A program made the position numbers and the translations under genes. DNA of 64,000 nt from Octopus vulgaris (taxonomy: Eukaryota). Positions 27,150 to 41,873 of the stretch are shown in pieces; position 1 is the stretch's first letter, and each line of letters starts with the position of its first letter. Under the pieces are notes generated by a model. That model saw nothing but the letters and a program-made list of their open reading frames with translations, ran no database searches and had not been told where the DNA came from. The DNA lies in contig OX597816.1 of NCBI GenBank assembly GCA_951406725.2, positions 22,444,001-22,508,000 on the forward strand, written 5' to 3'.

Positions 27150-28542
27150 GTATATACCAATACACATGTGAGTGTGTACATGTGTACGCTTGTGTATGTA
27201 TGTGTTTTTACGGGTGTGTGCGTGTGGTGTTAGTGTGTAGTTATGAAGAAGTTGTGTGAGAAGCAAAACGTTACAAAATGTTGGCATTTTTGTTTAACAC
27301 ATGCATATACGTTACACGGTAAATAAGAAACTAACATGTCGAAATCGCATTTGGAAAAGTTCAATACATCAAATGTCAGAAACGTAATTCACTTTTGGTA
27401 TTTTAACTTCGTCATTTAGTAAAATTTACTTCATTTACCTTTGCTTAATTTATTTTCTCTTTTTTTCATTGAAGAAATTCAGTAACTTTAGTGTAAGGTA
27501 TTTTTTTAATGCATTTCCTAGCTGCTTGAACTTTATCGATAGTAACCAAACAGTTAAATTTTGGCGTGTTCTGAATGCAAATAAAATCGATTGGTAGTTT
27601 TATAGTAGTAGAATTGCTTCCTTAGGGCACCAAACAAACCATATTACATGGGAAAGAATGCGAAAGAATGGCAAAGATTAAGAAATAATGCTATACCTTA
27701 TAATCACCGATTATCTTTAGAGTGGGATTATAATGCCTTGCTTGAAATCAGAAGAATATACTCCTGATAACTAATAATTGTACTGAGTTTGATACGGAAA
27801 CGGTAAAACGTTTCTTCAGTAGGTCGTTTGTGATGTTAAACGATAACCTATTGATGGTTTGAACACAGATGCACAGAATATATATGGAACTGAAAGCGAG
27901 TTGCTTACATAAGCGTGGGTGGATTCAACAATGGCTCAATTGTGCTCTAGAATACGGTCTAACATATAAAATACGAGTGTTTGTAATCAACGTAATTCAC
28001 CAAATTCAAAATCCGTCAGTTATGTATCCACAAATCTTCGTTGTGCTATACATTACGAAACAACGACATAGAACCACGAAAAAACTTCATCATGTGGAGT
28101 ATGTTCTGCATGAAGAAAATAAATGAAGAGAGGCCTATACCAGATACTGACTCTGTTGCTTGTAACGGGTTTTTATTCATACCAGTGATTACTTATTCAG
28201 TTTTCTTAGGTATTAGTTATGAATGATTACATTGAAGCATGCAGGATGCAAAATACACGCTATTAACAACGCTCAACAGAGCAGAAATTCATGTAGCGCA
28301 TCTAGATATTGGGACGAATTTTGTTTCCCTCTGATATATCTTTTGTATTTCAACACGGCAAGTCCATAAGAGATGTTAAATCCGGAAAATATCAAAATAA
28401 ATGGTACTTACACAGATGTATTCATATTAAGTATAATAAATAAATGGCTATCTATCTATTTAACTATCTATCAAATTGGCTAATAACAGTATGTACTACT
28501 CTATCTATACTTACGTAAACACACACACACATATATATATAT

Positions 28543-28939
28543 AATACAGTGTACATTTAAACACATAAGGAATCCACACATGGGATTCGACACGCTAGAA
28601 AGAACAGCTAGGTTTCATAACTACAAAATTAGGGATAAAATTCGACAGGAACGAAATGGAAAAATAAAAACATTTTACCATCTAGTTTCGTGTTTATATA
28701 TTTAATCTAAGGTGTACCTGTTGAAAACGATTTCACCCCACGGATAAATGTTATTTACGTGCTAAACTAAAATCAGAAAACAAATGGTCCAGGAAACTAG
28801 ATGGTAAAATGTTTTTATTGTTTCATTTCGTTCCCGTCGAATTTTATCCCTAATTTTGTGGTTATAGAACCTAGCTGTTCTTTTTAGCGTGTCGAATCCC
28901 ATGAGTGGATTCCTTATGTTTTTAAATGTACACTGTATT
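28543..28939. mobile_element. Fold-back element: about 147 bp inverted arms and a 103 bp spacer
   Basis: 28543-28689 is the reverse complement of 28793-28939 with scattered mismatches. The inner arm ends coincide with GAAAC/GTTTC. Confidence 0.85.
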
Positions 28940-29286
28940 TTATGACTAATACAAAGTCTTTTGGACTAAATTTTTACACGCTTGGCCATTGGAAATGAAA
29001 ATTTCTATTAATTTCCATCTCACTTTTATATGATTACACACACACACACATACACACACACACATATAAACATATATATATATATATATATATATATACT
29101 CATATGAAATTACTGCAATGAAATTACTGCAATGATTAACGCTTGGTTCATCCATCACAACGAAGCTAATGTTTATAGCAAAATAACTGAGGATTTAACG
29201 AAAAAATCCTTTCACAGATCTGTAAAACAGATAGAAAATAAATTAAAAGAAATTGTTAGGATATTCCCTATTTTTTCACGCGCACA

Positions 29287-30361
29287 TGGCTACACTAAAA
29301 GCCATTCTTGCCAACGAATCCAGTACAACAAATGACCAAATCCCAACAGGTCAATGGTCACTTCAACAGCAACAATCAACTGACCTACTTCCATTGACAA
29401 CAGCACCTGATGAACCAAGTCAAGTCTCACCTTCGCTACAGCAACAAAAACAACGACAACAACACTCTAATACTACCACTAGTCAAGTTCCAATGCTGCT
29501 ACAACTCCCCACTACTGCCACAATAGGAAAACCACTACTACATCCGCGTAAAACCATCTGCCACTACTACTCTCAAGGCAGCTGCAGATTTGACCACATA
29601 CTGGCAAGCCAGAACCCACCATCACAAAATCAACAAGCTGCTTCTAACACCACCACCACCACCACCACCACCACCACTACTACTACTGCCAAAATAGAAA
29701 AACCACTACTACAACCAAATAAAACCCCCTGCCGTTACTATTCTAAAGGCACTTGTAGATTTGGCCCCAGCGGCACAAACAAAAATGGACGCTGTGCTTT
29801 TCCCCACCCGACCTTATGTCGTAGACTTGCTATGGGCACCTGTCCATACGGTATAACAGGAAAAAATTGCCCCCACCTCCACCCCAAATACTGTCCTAAA
29901 TACAGAATCTATGGTTCTGACCCTAAATACGGATGCATAAGAGGCAATGGATGCAACTTATTCCATCCTAAACTGTGCAAAACTTCTGTCTCACAAAGGA
30001 TGCGCCTGAACCCAGAATGCAACAACCACCATCTGAAGGGCACAAAACGATCACAGAATAGATATGAACAGGAACAGAGGAAATCTAGGACAACAACAAG
30101 AACAAAATACAACCACGTTTCCCCTCCTACAATCAAACTACGTAGACAGAACCAGGAAAAACACCAAATAACGCCAACTTGAAATATGTATCCTCTGACC
30201 AAGTGGCAAACCAAACAAGTAACTCTTTTTTACTGACATACCTGGAAAATATGAAGGCCGACCTTAGCCAGGAGATCCAGCGAGCCATCACCAACCATCT
30301 ATGCAAATCACAAGGACCACTCACCCATTACCAACTTCCCTTACCTCGACATTCCTGTTAA
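29287..30361 (+). pseudogene. LINE ORF1: Q/T-rich N-terminus, 4-5 tandem CCCH-type zinc fingers, probable frameshift near 30180
   Basis: ATG at 29287. Fingers CRYYSKGTCRFG..CAFPHP, CRRLAMGTCPYG..CPHLHP, CPKY..GCIRGNGCNLFHP and CKTS..CNNHH. Stop at 30180-30182. A helical-looking segment continues in another frame to 30361. Confidence 0.8.
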
Positions 30362-33281
30362 ATGTACGTGGCATCAACCCATCAATTATTGCCCAAAAAT
30401 GGAAGATCCCATATATAGAGAGTTGGCTTGCCGAAATGGCACATTGCTTCCCTTTCTTTATCCTTACCGAGACTCACCTGAACAACACCCATATGGACGC
30501 AGAGGTGGAAATAAAAGATTTCACCATTGTTCGTGCGGATCGCACAGACCGAAATAAGGGAGGGACAGCCATCTTTATCCATGACTCCTTTTCACTTGAT
30601 GCCAAGGACACATTTTCCAATGGCTACTGTGAATCGGTATCAGTATACAACAAAGCCAAGGACATAACCATTGTTGGTCTTTACAGGCCTCCCCAGGCAC
30701 CTCTAAAGTACTTTGAAGAGTGCCTTAGCAAAGTCAAGTCCTTCCTTCGGAAGTACCACTCCGGAAACATAATAGTGATGGGTGATTTTAACCTCCCTCA
30801 TGTGAACTGGCCCACAAATACTCCGAAGTTGGGCAAGTGCTCTACATCAGATAGGGCAGCAGCAGAACTGCTCTTTAATCTGATGGATGAGTATTTCCTG
30901 ACTCAGCTAGTGCTTGAACCAACGAGACAGAATAAAACGATCTTGGATCTGGTACTGACCAATCACTCTAGCTACGTTCACAGCATTTCAGTCGAAAAAC
31001 TCTCCTCTCAGACCACGACATGTTACTCTGCAATCTTAATTCCCGACGTATAAAAACCAAACCAGCCAATCCCACTCCATGGCACCCATTTGACAACATA
31101 AATTTCCACAAAGCGGACTGGGGAACAATCAGAAAGGATCTGTCTTCCATCGACTGGTCTTTTACTCTCAATTCCCCTCATATTGAGACCGCGTGGCAGC
31201 ACTTTGAAACCATTGTCACCGACACATGCTCTAAACACGCTCCCAAGAAATCTACTAACACAAACAGAAATCGGCTCCCTAAAAAGAAAAAAACACTCAT
31301 CAGGCGCATCAAAAGACTCAACAAAAAAATCAACCAATTAAAATATTCCCACACGCAACATCCACATTCAACAACAATGAAAAGACTAGAGCTGGAAAAA
31401 CTTCATCTGCAGACTAACATGAAAACCTCCATTGAAAATCAAAGAGCTGTGGAGGAACAATGGGTAATCAAAAACATCAAACAGAACCCAAAAGTGTTCT
31501 ATTCTTATGCAAATAAGCATAGAACCACTGTCTCACCCATTGGGCCATTGATTGATGAAAACGGCATTCCCCAACACGATGCTAAAGAAATGGCAGAAAT
31601 ACTGCAGAAACAATATTGCTCTGTCTTCAGTGTTCCCACTGATATTGATGTGAGGGAAACGAACGAAGCTGACTCCCAACACAAAATCGCAGACATAACC
31701 TTCACTGCCACCGACATCGTAGCAGCAATAAATGAGGTCAAACATTACTCCGCTGTAGGCCCTGATAGATTTCCCGCCAGTCTCCTGAAGGAATGTAGAT
31801 ATCAATTTGCAGTCCCTCTGACCAACCTCTGGAGAAACTCGTTAGACGCAGGTTATATACCGAAAAAGTTTCTATCCCAGTCGGTCATCCCGGTTTTCAA
31901 ACAGGGAAACAGATCCCTCGCAGTCAACTATCGCCCAATCTCACTCACCTCCCACATCATTAAAGTGTTTGAAAGAGTGTTAAGATCAAGGATAGCTGAC
32001 TTCCTGGAGACCCACAAACTCCTAAATTCAAATCAACATGGCTTTCGCTGTGGCAGGGACTGTCTAACACAGCTCTTACACCACATTGAAGATGTACTCA
32101 AAGCCTTGGGAACAGGTTCGAACTCTGACGTCATATACCTTGACTTCAGTAAAGCGTTCGACAGGGTAGACCATAACATCCTACTCTCAAAATTGGCAAA
32201 TTTTGGAATCCGTGGAAAAGTTCTACACTGGATTCAGTATTTCCTAGCGAATAGAACACAACATGTTGTAGTTGATGGAGTCCACTCAAACCCAGCAAAA
32301 GTCACCAGCGGTGTTCCCCAGGGAACTGTTTTGGGTCCGCTACTCTTCATAATTTATGTAAACGACCTTTCCAGTGTCGTACATCACTGCAAAGTGAAAA
32401 TATTCGCTGATGACACTAAGCTCTAGCAAATCGTCAATGAAGAAGCAGACCGAACTCAACTCCAGTCTGACCTATATGCTGTGAGTCAATGGGCAGACAG
32501 AAACAAAATGCAACTGAATGAGGGAAAATTTGAGCTGATGCATTTTGGAAGAAATTCCTCACTAAAACAACCATACTCTCTTCCTTCAGGGGAACCGCTC
32601 ACAGCCTCTAACAATATCAGAGACCTGGGTGTAATTGTTGATGACGATCTCAGTTGGAGCGCACACATCAACAAGAAGGTCGATACAGCTCGTAGGATGA
32701 GTTCCTGGATTTTAAGAACTTTCCGGTCCAGAGAACAAGGTGTCATCATACCACTTTTTTCATCCTTTGTACGGCCACACCTTGAATACTGCTGCCCACT
32801 GTGGTCTCCTCACACAAGACAAAACATCTCCAGAATTGAGTCACCCCAGAGGGCTCTCACTAAACAAATTGAAGGCATGGCTGCTCTCGACTATTGGGAT
32901 CGCCTTAAAGCCTTGAAACTTTACTCCCTCCAGCGTCGCCGTGAGCGGTACATCATTTGTACGATGTGGAAAATATACCGCCAACTTTGCCCAAACGACC
33001 TAAACATTAGCTTCAAGGTTCATCCGAGACTTGGACCACGGGCTATACGTCCCCTGCCAAATTCAAGATCACAACATACATGTACACTGCAACATAATTT
33101 CTTTTCCTCAACAGGCCCTGCCCTATTTAACATTGTCCCGAGGGAGATCAAAGAGGAAAAGGATGCCATCAACTTCAAACAGAGTCTGGATAGATTCCTT
33201 CAAAGAATACCAGACAAGCCACCCATAATTGAATACAACTCACCCAACAAGAACTCACTACTTGAACAAAACTTGACTTAA
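30301..33281 (+). pseudogene. LINE ORF2 (APE endonuclease + reverse transcriptase) with one frameshift and one premature stop
   Basis: ORF pieces 30301-31053, 31020-32426 and 32481-33281. Frameshift near 31005. In-frame TAG at 32424-32426 directly after FADDTKL, with the downstream piece in the same frame. Confidence 0.92.
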
Positions 33282-33382
33282 ACAGGATTCGAATAATCCT
33301 ATCAGGTGGTGCTATTAAGTTAGACATGGCCTGGACCAATCTCTGTTCGAAACAGATCTAAGTTTTATCTAAGTTTTATATC

Positions 33383-33434
<52 letters not shown>

Positions 33435-33530
33435 TACATATATATGCGTGTGTTTGTGTGTGTGTGTGTGGTAACAAGAAGAGGTCAGTGAGAACAAAAC
33501 ACTAAAAACAAACGATGGGGCTGTTAAGCC

Positions 33531-33597
<67 letters not shown>

Positions 33598-33714
33598 ATA
33601 AGATCGTTAATTTAGAAATAAAACGATTTCATCAAGTGGTCAGCATGGATAAAAATAACCTTCAAAGGTAATAATAAATGGGTAATATCGAGGTCACATT
33701 CTTTTGTTGTTACT

Positions 33715-33770
<56 letters not shown>

Positions 33771-33774
33771 GTAT

Positions 33775-33968
33775 GGCGTATGTGTTTCCCAGGTGGATGG
33801 TACGCCAGTCCATCGCAGCGTTACTCATTTTTGCCAGCTGAGTGGACTGGAGCAACGTGAAATGAAGTGTTTTGCTCAAGAACACAACGCGTCGCCCGGT
33901 CCAGGAATCGAAACCACAATCTTGCGATTATGATGCTGATACCCTAACAATTAAACCACACGCCTCCA
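33775..33968 (-). mobile_element. tRNA-derived SINE family C (CACGTTGCTCCAGTCCACTCAGCTG core)
   Basis: Minus strand has a tRNA-like head (GGTTTCGATTCCTGG) and a core shared with 52090, 56612 and 59691. Confidence 0.8.
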
Positions 33969-33982
33969 CAGACACAGACACA

Positions 33983-34592
<610 letters not shown>

Positions 34593-34602
34593 TATGTGTA
34601 TG

Positions 34603-34633
<31 letters not shown>

Positions 34634-35201
34634 GGGAGAGAAAGAGAGGGAATGACAGACAGACAGACAGACAAGCAGACACACTGACAGGTATACTATG
34701 TACATCATGCTAGTGTTGTTTTCGTGCGTAGTGCATTGTTAATCAACTAATACCTCCGCGTTCTGCCCTTCGTGGACTTTTGGATCTGTATTAACTCACA
34801 AGATATAATTATTTACCACGAACATAAAGGGGAAGCAAATAAATTCAAATCCACATTGAACATATATTTGTACGTAGTTTTTATTTATCTTGCAACCAAC
34901 ATTTACATAGTTACAAGAGCTTAAATTTTCTATATAATTTAAGATTTCATAAAGTTACAAAGTATAAACGGATTACTCTTTTTAATACGTTTAGTACGCG
35001 AAGTCTTATTTTCTATGTTTCTTTGAAAATAAAAGCGAGCTTCACTGAAAACGCCTCTGAGAGAGTGAAGAAGCTAAGCTCCTTATAAAGAAAATTAAGC
35101 ATATATCTTTCTTCAATGTTTCTTTGCAATATATGGATAATTTATCCCCTTCATGCTATTTTATTAGCATTATCTTGTGTTTGAGAATAAATAATTTCTG
35201 A

Positions 35202-35318
<117 letters not shown>

Positions 35319-35367
35319 TATACATATATATATACATTTATATACATGAATATGGGAATACAAATAC

Positions 35368-35410
<43 letters not shown>

Positions 35411-35494
35411 CATCTATGTCCATAAATATGCATATATATATACGTATATATATGAACACGTATATGTGTGTGTATACATATATACATCCATACA

Positions 35495-35663
35495 TTTGAT
35501 GTTGGTGTGCTTACGTCCCCGTAAATTAGCGGTTAGGCAAAAGTTACCGATAGAATAAGTACTAGGCTTGACAAAGAGAAAGTACATGGGTCGATTTGCT
35601 CGACTAAAAGTGGTGCTCCAACGTAGCCGCAGTAAATGACTGAAACAAATGAAATAATAAAAG
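35495..35663 (+). mobile_element. SINE family A 3' half
   Basis: GATGTTGGTGTG.TTACGTCCCCG..CCGATAGAATAAGTACT..GCTCGACTAAA matches family A. Confidence 0.75.
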
Positions 35664-35756
35664 TATATATGATGATTGCTTCACTTTGACTGATGATTGC
35701 CGTCTCATCAACTCACACACCATCACACAGCAGAATCACTCAGATGACTTTTAATA

Positions 35757-36137
35757 CCTATTTCTTTACTATCCACAAGGGGCTAAACACAGAGAGGACA
35801 GACAAAGGGATTAAGTCGATTATATCGACCCCTTGTGCGTAACTGGTTCTTATTTAATCGACCCCGAGAGGATGAAAGGCAAAGTCGACCTCGGCGGAAT
35901 TTGAACTCAGAGCGTAGCAGTAGACGAAATACCTATTTCTTTACTACCCACAAGGGCTAAATACAGAGGGGAGAAGCAAGGACAGACAAACAGATTAAGT
36001 CAATTACATCGAGCCCAGTGGGTAACTGGTACTTAATTTATCGACCCCGAAAGGATGAAAAGCAAAGTCGACCTCGGCGGAATTTGAACTCAGAACGTAG
36101 CGTTAGACGAAATACCGCTAAGCATTTCGCCCGGCGT
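35757..36137 (-). mobile_element. Head-to-tail dimer of SINE family D (Deu/Nin-domain-like)
   Basis: Two copies (35757-35931 and 35932-36137). The minus strand contains GAGTTCAAATTCC (box B-like) followed by GGTCGACTTTGCCTTTCATCCT..CGGGGTCGAT.AA.TAAG.ACCAG, resembling the Deu/Nin SINE domain. Confidence 0.8.
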
Positions 36138-36269
36138 AAGGGTTGAAACACACAAGTAACAGATACTATTCTTTTATGATTTTGCCTTTTATAATCTGAT
36201 TCTGAAGGACAGTTTTTGTGACCTGGCATACGCCTTTTAAGTCCAGATATTGTCTTACAAGTTTTGTGA

Positions 36270-36727
<458 letters not shown>

Positions 36728-37873
36728 CATACAATATTCTAAAGGAACTTTTAAAGTTTTTCATTCTTTGTTTTCAGTTACATAATTGTTTACACATTCT
36801 CAAAATGCATTCTTTTGTAATTACATATTTATTTTTTAATTCTTAATATATTTCTACCGACTCTTGTTTTCATCTACACGTTTGCACACTTCCATTAATT
36901 CAGGTCACCAATAAGTTATTCGACCTCGAACTGTTTTACACAGTAGAGCTCTCAGTTTGCCATTTCCTCTTTTATTTTAACCGATTCTCTTTGATCTTCC
37001 CTTTCTATTCTACATTCAGCAATGTTTAGATTTAAGACCTTCCTGGAAAATCAAGCTTCACAGACCGACAGAATGTAACTTCCATTTCTCTTTTATCCGT
37101 TACTTTCTTTTTCGTTTTCCTTGTTCCTATGGCATTTTTCGCTATACAAATCTTTCCCCTACCTTCCCCACGCTCGCATTTAGTAACAAATCTATGCTCT
37201 TGATTCCAAATTCTATTCTCCCTTTCTTCGCATTCCTCTCTTCATTAGAAATTACCCTTCTCCTTCCGTTCGTTCATTTATGTGTGTGTATTATCATAAA
37301 TGGATGGAATGCTACAATGAAATTCGCATTTGCCAATCATTCTTCGGGCTTTTCAAGGTTGTAAAATGTTTAACCGAACATACTCCATGCGAGTCGACAA
37401 TTACTTTGCTTATTTTGTGTGTATAATTATTGCCTCATTTTGTACGCTGTTTAAATAGTATGCATAAGAATACCAACCAGTTGCCAAATTCTGAAGCAGC
37501 TGTAAATGTTATATATATCTACATTTTTGCAATATGATTCTGTATATATAACATCACTTACAATGAAATTTTACCATGTATATTTGTTTATCAATCTTGT
37601 TTTTGGTAAATTGTTCCCCCTCTCTATCTCTTTCTCTCCCTCTCTTACTTTCTCTCTCTCTCTCCCTCTCTCGCTCTCTCTCTACTACATATACATTTTA
37701 TGCAACAGTATAATGAAAGATGCAATATCGCGACATTATACAAATCTTTTTGTTACCACATGTACACACAGAAATTGTACAATACAGTATTCCGAAAATT
37801 GAATGCAAGCAGAAAAGAAAAACTAATAGACAAGTACAAGAAATATAGAAATGCGTATATACGAATTATATAT

Positions 37874-37957
<84 letters not shown>

Positions 37958-38402
37958 ATATTTTTGCGTAATAAGATAAAAACCAAGGCTGTATAGACAT
38001 TAGAGCATATATATATATTCGACATGTTCGGCCACTGAACTCAGCACGTTTTCTTTTTTTTTATTCTCTCTCTATTCACTTCCTCTTATTTCTTTCTCTC
38101 AAACAGCGTGGCCTCGAAACGTAGAAGACTTTTCCATTTTTCCCGAGCGCCAAACTAATACACTTGCTTGCTTTTCCTATATTTGTCTTCGTCTAATGTA
38201 CGTGTTCGCACGTGTGTGTGCGCGCATGTGCGTGTGTATGTGTGTGATTGTTTGTATGTCTACATATTCTTTCAGTCGAGCCAATCGATCCCAGTACTTA
38301 TTTTTTAAGCATGGCAATTGTTTTAGGAATCGGTAAGTTACGAGGACGTAAACAAACCAACTCCGATCATCAAGTGCTAATGTGCGACAAAGACCCGCAC
38401 GC

Positions 38403-38453
<51 letters not shown>

Positions 38454-38471
38454 CATGTACATGTATATAGC

Positions 38472-38563
<92 letters not shown>

Positions 38564-38756
38564 TGTATTTCTGTGTAAATTAGACGTTGAGAAACCAACT
38601 AAGGGATAATACCTATCCAATAAACTGCTGGTAGTGTACGCAATTATTCATACCCAAGTACTAGTTATTGCGTGTCAATGTCGCAATTGCGATTTATATA
38701 TGGGCGGGGGTAAAAATTGGTTTACCCTTGATTTATACAGCAAATATATTTGCTAT

Positions 38757-38844
<88 letters not shown>

Positions 38845-38849
<5 letters not shown>

Positions 38850-39120
38850 ATCCAAACAAGAAAACACAAAAAATCACAACAACGCGAGGACGTGGAACAA
38901 ATATAGTATTATTGGACGCTCAGGAAAGAAGGGAAGAAGGAGGGTTTAACGTTTCGAGCAGAGGTCTTCGTCGGAAACATAGGGGAAGGAATGATCCAGA
39001 GAATGGAAGACAGAGGGAAAAAATCAGATGTATTAGTATAATGCTCGGGAATTGAGAAAGTCTTTTACGTTTCGAGCCTAAGCTCTTCAACAGAAAGGAA
39101 CACAGAAAGAAACACAGAAA
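38845..39120 (-). mobile_element. Penelope pLTR-like repeat with two tandem hammerhead-like motifs
   Basis: Minus-strand motifs at 38944-38978 (GUUU-CCGACGA-A-..GCUC-GAA-ACGU-U-AAAC) and 39061-39098 (CUUU-CUGUUGA-A-GAGC-uuag-GCUC-GAA-ACGU-A-AAAG). Flanked by (TA)n. Confidence 0.6.
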
Positions 39121-39191
<71 letters not shown>

Positions 39192-41344
39192 ATTGTGCTT
39201 TTTCATTTTCCGTTGACCAAATCCACTCATAGGTCTTTGGTTTGCCCAGGTCTTTGATAAAATACACTTGTTCTAGATGCCATGCAACGGAACTAAATCA
39301 GAATCGTGTGGTTAGGAAGCAAACTATTTACTGCATGCATTATTGATATAGGAATGCAAACATTACAGCAGTAATGATGCGCACAAATTCAGTAAGTGAA
39401 ATATATCGGTATACTGATGCGCACGGTTATCATAAAAAGGAAGACAGGAAACGCAAGAGTATAAATATTGTATTTTTTATTACAGCATTCGATCTAATTT
39501 ATAAGATAGAAATAGCAAAAATAGAACGGTTTTAATCACCAACTATCAAAGTTAGAAAGATATGTAAATTACAAGGTGCTGAATGTTAAATTCGTTGTGA
39601 CGATTATAATAAAACGCAGGTGATATCATAAAATCATGAAGTTATATAATGATCAAATTATCGAATTACGAAATCCGCTAACCAGAGCTCTGGAAGAAAA
39701 AAAAAGAAGAAACGTTTGCCTTATTGAGATAGTGATATACCAAAATAATGTGGTGGTTTGGATATGGGAGGTTGGCTAATGTTACAGGCAATAAAATCTA
39801 TTTATTTGCTTGGGAGACAGTATAGTGAGATTTGGTGTGATGCTAAGATAAATTTCAAACGACGTGGAGCCGTGTCCTGAAGATAGATTTCTATCGTAAT
39901 TTGGACGGGTGGTTAAGAAAGGTTTGACGGGAAACGACATGTAACGTGCTATCAAAATATATATGCAAGCTATGCAAGCAATGGTAGTCACATAAAGACA
40001 CGATTCCATTTAGCAGTTTTGTCCATTTGAGAGCACCGAGAAAATACATGACAGCGAATGTGCTACACGAGTAAGAATAAAGTCAGAATAATTTGCCTTA
40101 AAGAACTGGAAATACGAAGGAACAGCAACATTGATAGCGGTCTGGTGAGGGCAGAGCAACCAAGTGAAAAACAGACAAGATGATGCCCAGCAGACTAACA
40201 ACAGCAAACAGAAGCAACGCTTTATCAGCACGTAATGGAGAAGCAAGTATTTGTCGCTCTTTCTCCTGTTGTTCTAGAATGTGATCTTTCTTATTATCAT
40301 CAAACTTTTGCGATCGTACTTTGCAGAACGAATTAAACATTGTCTTCAGTATCTCAATATCTTACTCTACATCCGATGTTCTCTCACATGGAACGCTGCC
40401 ATGTTGAATATTGACACTTACTTTTCCGCGCGGTTAAAAAAAACACTAATCAAGAAAACGATTCGTTTGATTACGTCTATACTTAATTAGTATTTTACCA
40501 ATATCTGAAATTACGATTACAATGATATTTCAAAAATATTTTTTTCGATTACATTACACGTTTGAGAAAATTGCCCTTGTTCAGCATATTGTCAAAACCA
40601 ATGTCAGCTATATTTTGATGTCTCGATTTAATAATTTAAAAATATTCTTCCGTTTTAACTTACTACGTATTGCCGACATCACAAATATTATCGCTCACAA
40701 AGCCCTGTTTTTATACTTATTATGTTGCTGTTTCACATTAATCTATATTGATAAGTTCCTTCTCGTACTTGCTATAAATTATTTCTTCATATAGTATGAC
40801 ATTGAAAGGAAAATAATATTTTCTAGATATTTTGGCGAGATTAGATATTTATATTTCAAATAGAACGGAGAAAAGGTGTATTTAATATAAGAAGTTTTCT
40901 ATTTATTTATAAATTCATTACAAAAATTTTGAAATTTCTAGCTATGGAAGTTAGCGTATGGCATCGTTTCATTCTTATTAGAAATCATCAACATAACCTG
41001 ATCCAAAGGAACAAATTAGACTTATGTAAGCATTTTACGATTTGGATATTTTATCGGTGCATTTTAAGACTGTTTGGTTTTGGCGGGTCAAAATAAAAGG
41101 AAATATTTAAAATTGTTATGAAGCAACAACACTCGAAGTTCATTGGACACCAAAGGAGAAGACAAAGATTTCAATAATTGATTGACGATTGGAAAACTGA
41201 AATGAAGAAGAATCTATATAATATAGACAGGAAATAGTCAATGGTCTTAACGAATGACTATCAAATTACCGACGCAGTAACTGGTACAATTGTATGGGAA
41301 TTGCATAGGTAGATGTCTAGCATCGACAACGCCGGTGCACCTAG

Positions 41345-41760
41345 AACGAAAAGAAAAGAAAGGAGGAGGGGGAGAAGAAGAAGGAGAAGAAGAAGAAGAA
41401 GAAGAAGAAGAAGAAAATGAAAAACAAGAAAAAGGAGGAGGAGGAGCGGAAGAAGAAGAAGAAGAAGAGAGGAGGAGGAGGAGTAGGAGGAGGGGGAGTG
41501 GAAGAAGAAGAAGAAGAATAGGAGGAGGAAGAAGGGGAGGAAGAAGAGAGGACGAGGAGAAGGAAGAAGAAGAAGAAGTAGAAGAAGAAAAGAAGAGGAG
41601 AAAGAAGAAGAAGAAGAAGAAGAAAAGAAGAGGAGAAAGAAGAAAAGAAGAAGAAGAAGAAGAAGAAGAAAAAGAAGAACGACAACAACAACAACAAGGA
41701 GAAGAGGAGAAAAAGAAGAAGAAGAAGAAGAAGAAGAAGAAGAAGAAGAAGAAGAAGAAT
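41345..41760. repeat. Polypurine (GAA/GGA)n tract
   Basis: Seen directly; source of the poly-E/K/L/S pseudo-ORFs. Confidence 0.95.
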
Positions 41761-41873
41761 CAAGTAGCGTAATCAAGATGAGTAATCAAGAAACATAATG
41801 AAAGAAAGAACTGACTTTAATTGCTTTAATTATCTGGCCATGGCATTTAGACTCCCCTGATGGTTCTGTATAT

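Larger units (their letters stand above)
29105..33380 (+). mobile_element. Near full-length non-LTR retrotransposon (CR1/L2 group): ORF1 plus APE-RT ORF2, disabled
   Basis: ORF1 has CCCH fingers. ORF2 has APE motifs (NVRG, LTETHL, GGTAIF, YRPP, GDFNLP, LDLVLT) and RT motifs (NYRPISLTS, DFSKAFD, SGVPQGTVLGPLLF, FADDTKL). The C-terminus has RPHLEYC..WSP and LYSLQRRRER. A short (ATCTAAGTTTT)-type tail runs into (TA)n. Confidence 0.95.

Noticed and set aside
32424-32426. Programmed stop-codon readthrough in LINE ORF2
   Set aside because: A single substitution in a copy that also has frameshifts is the simpler explanation.
39782-40490. Cluster of short non-repetitive ORFs
   Set aside because: No recognisable motifs, overlapping short frames on both strands, and no supportable exon structure.
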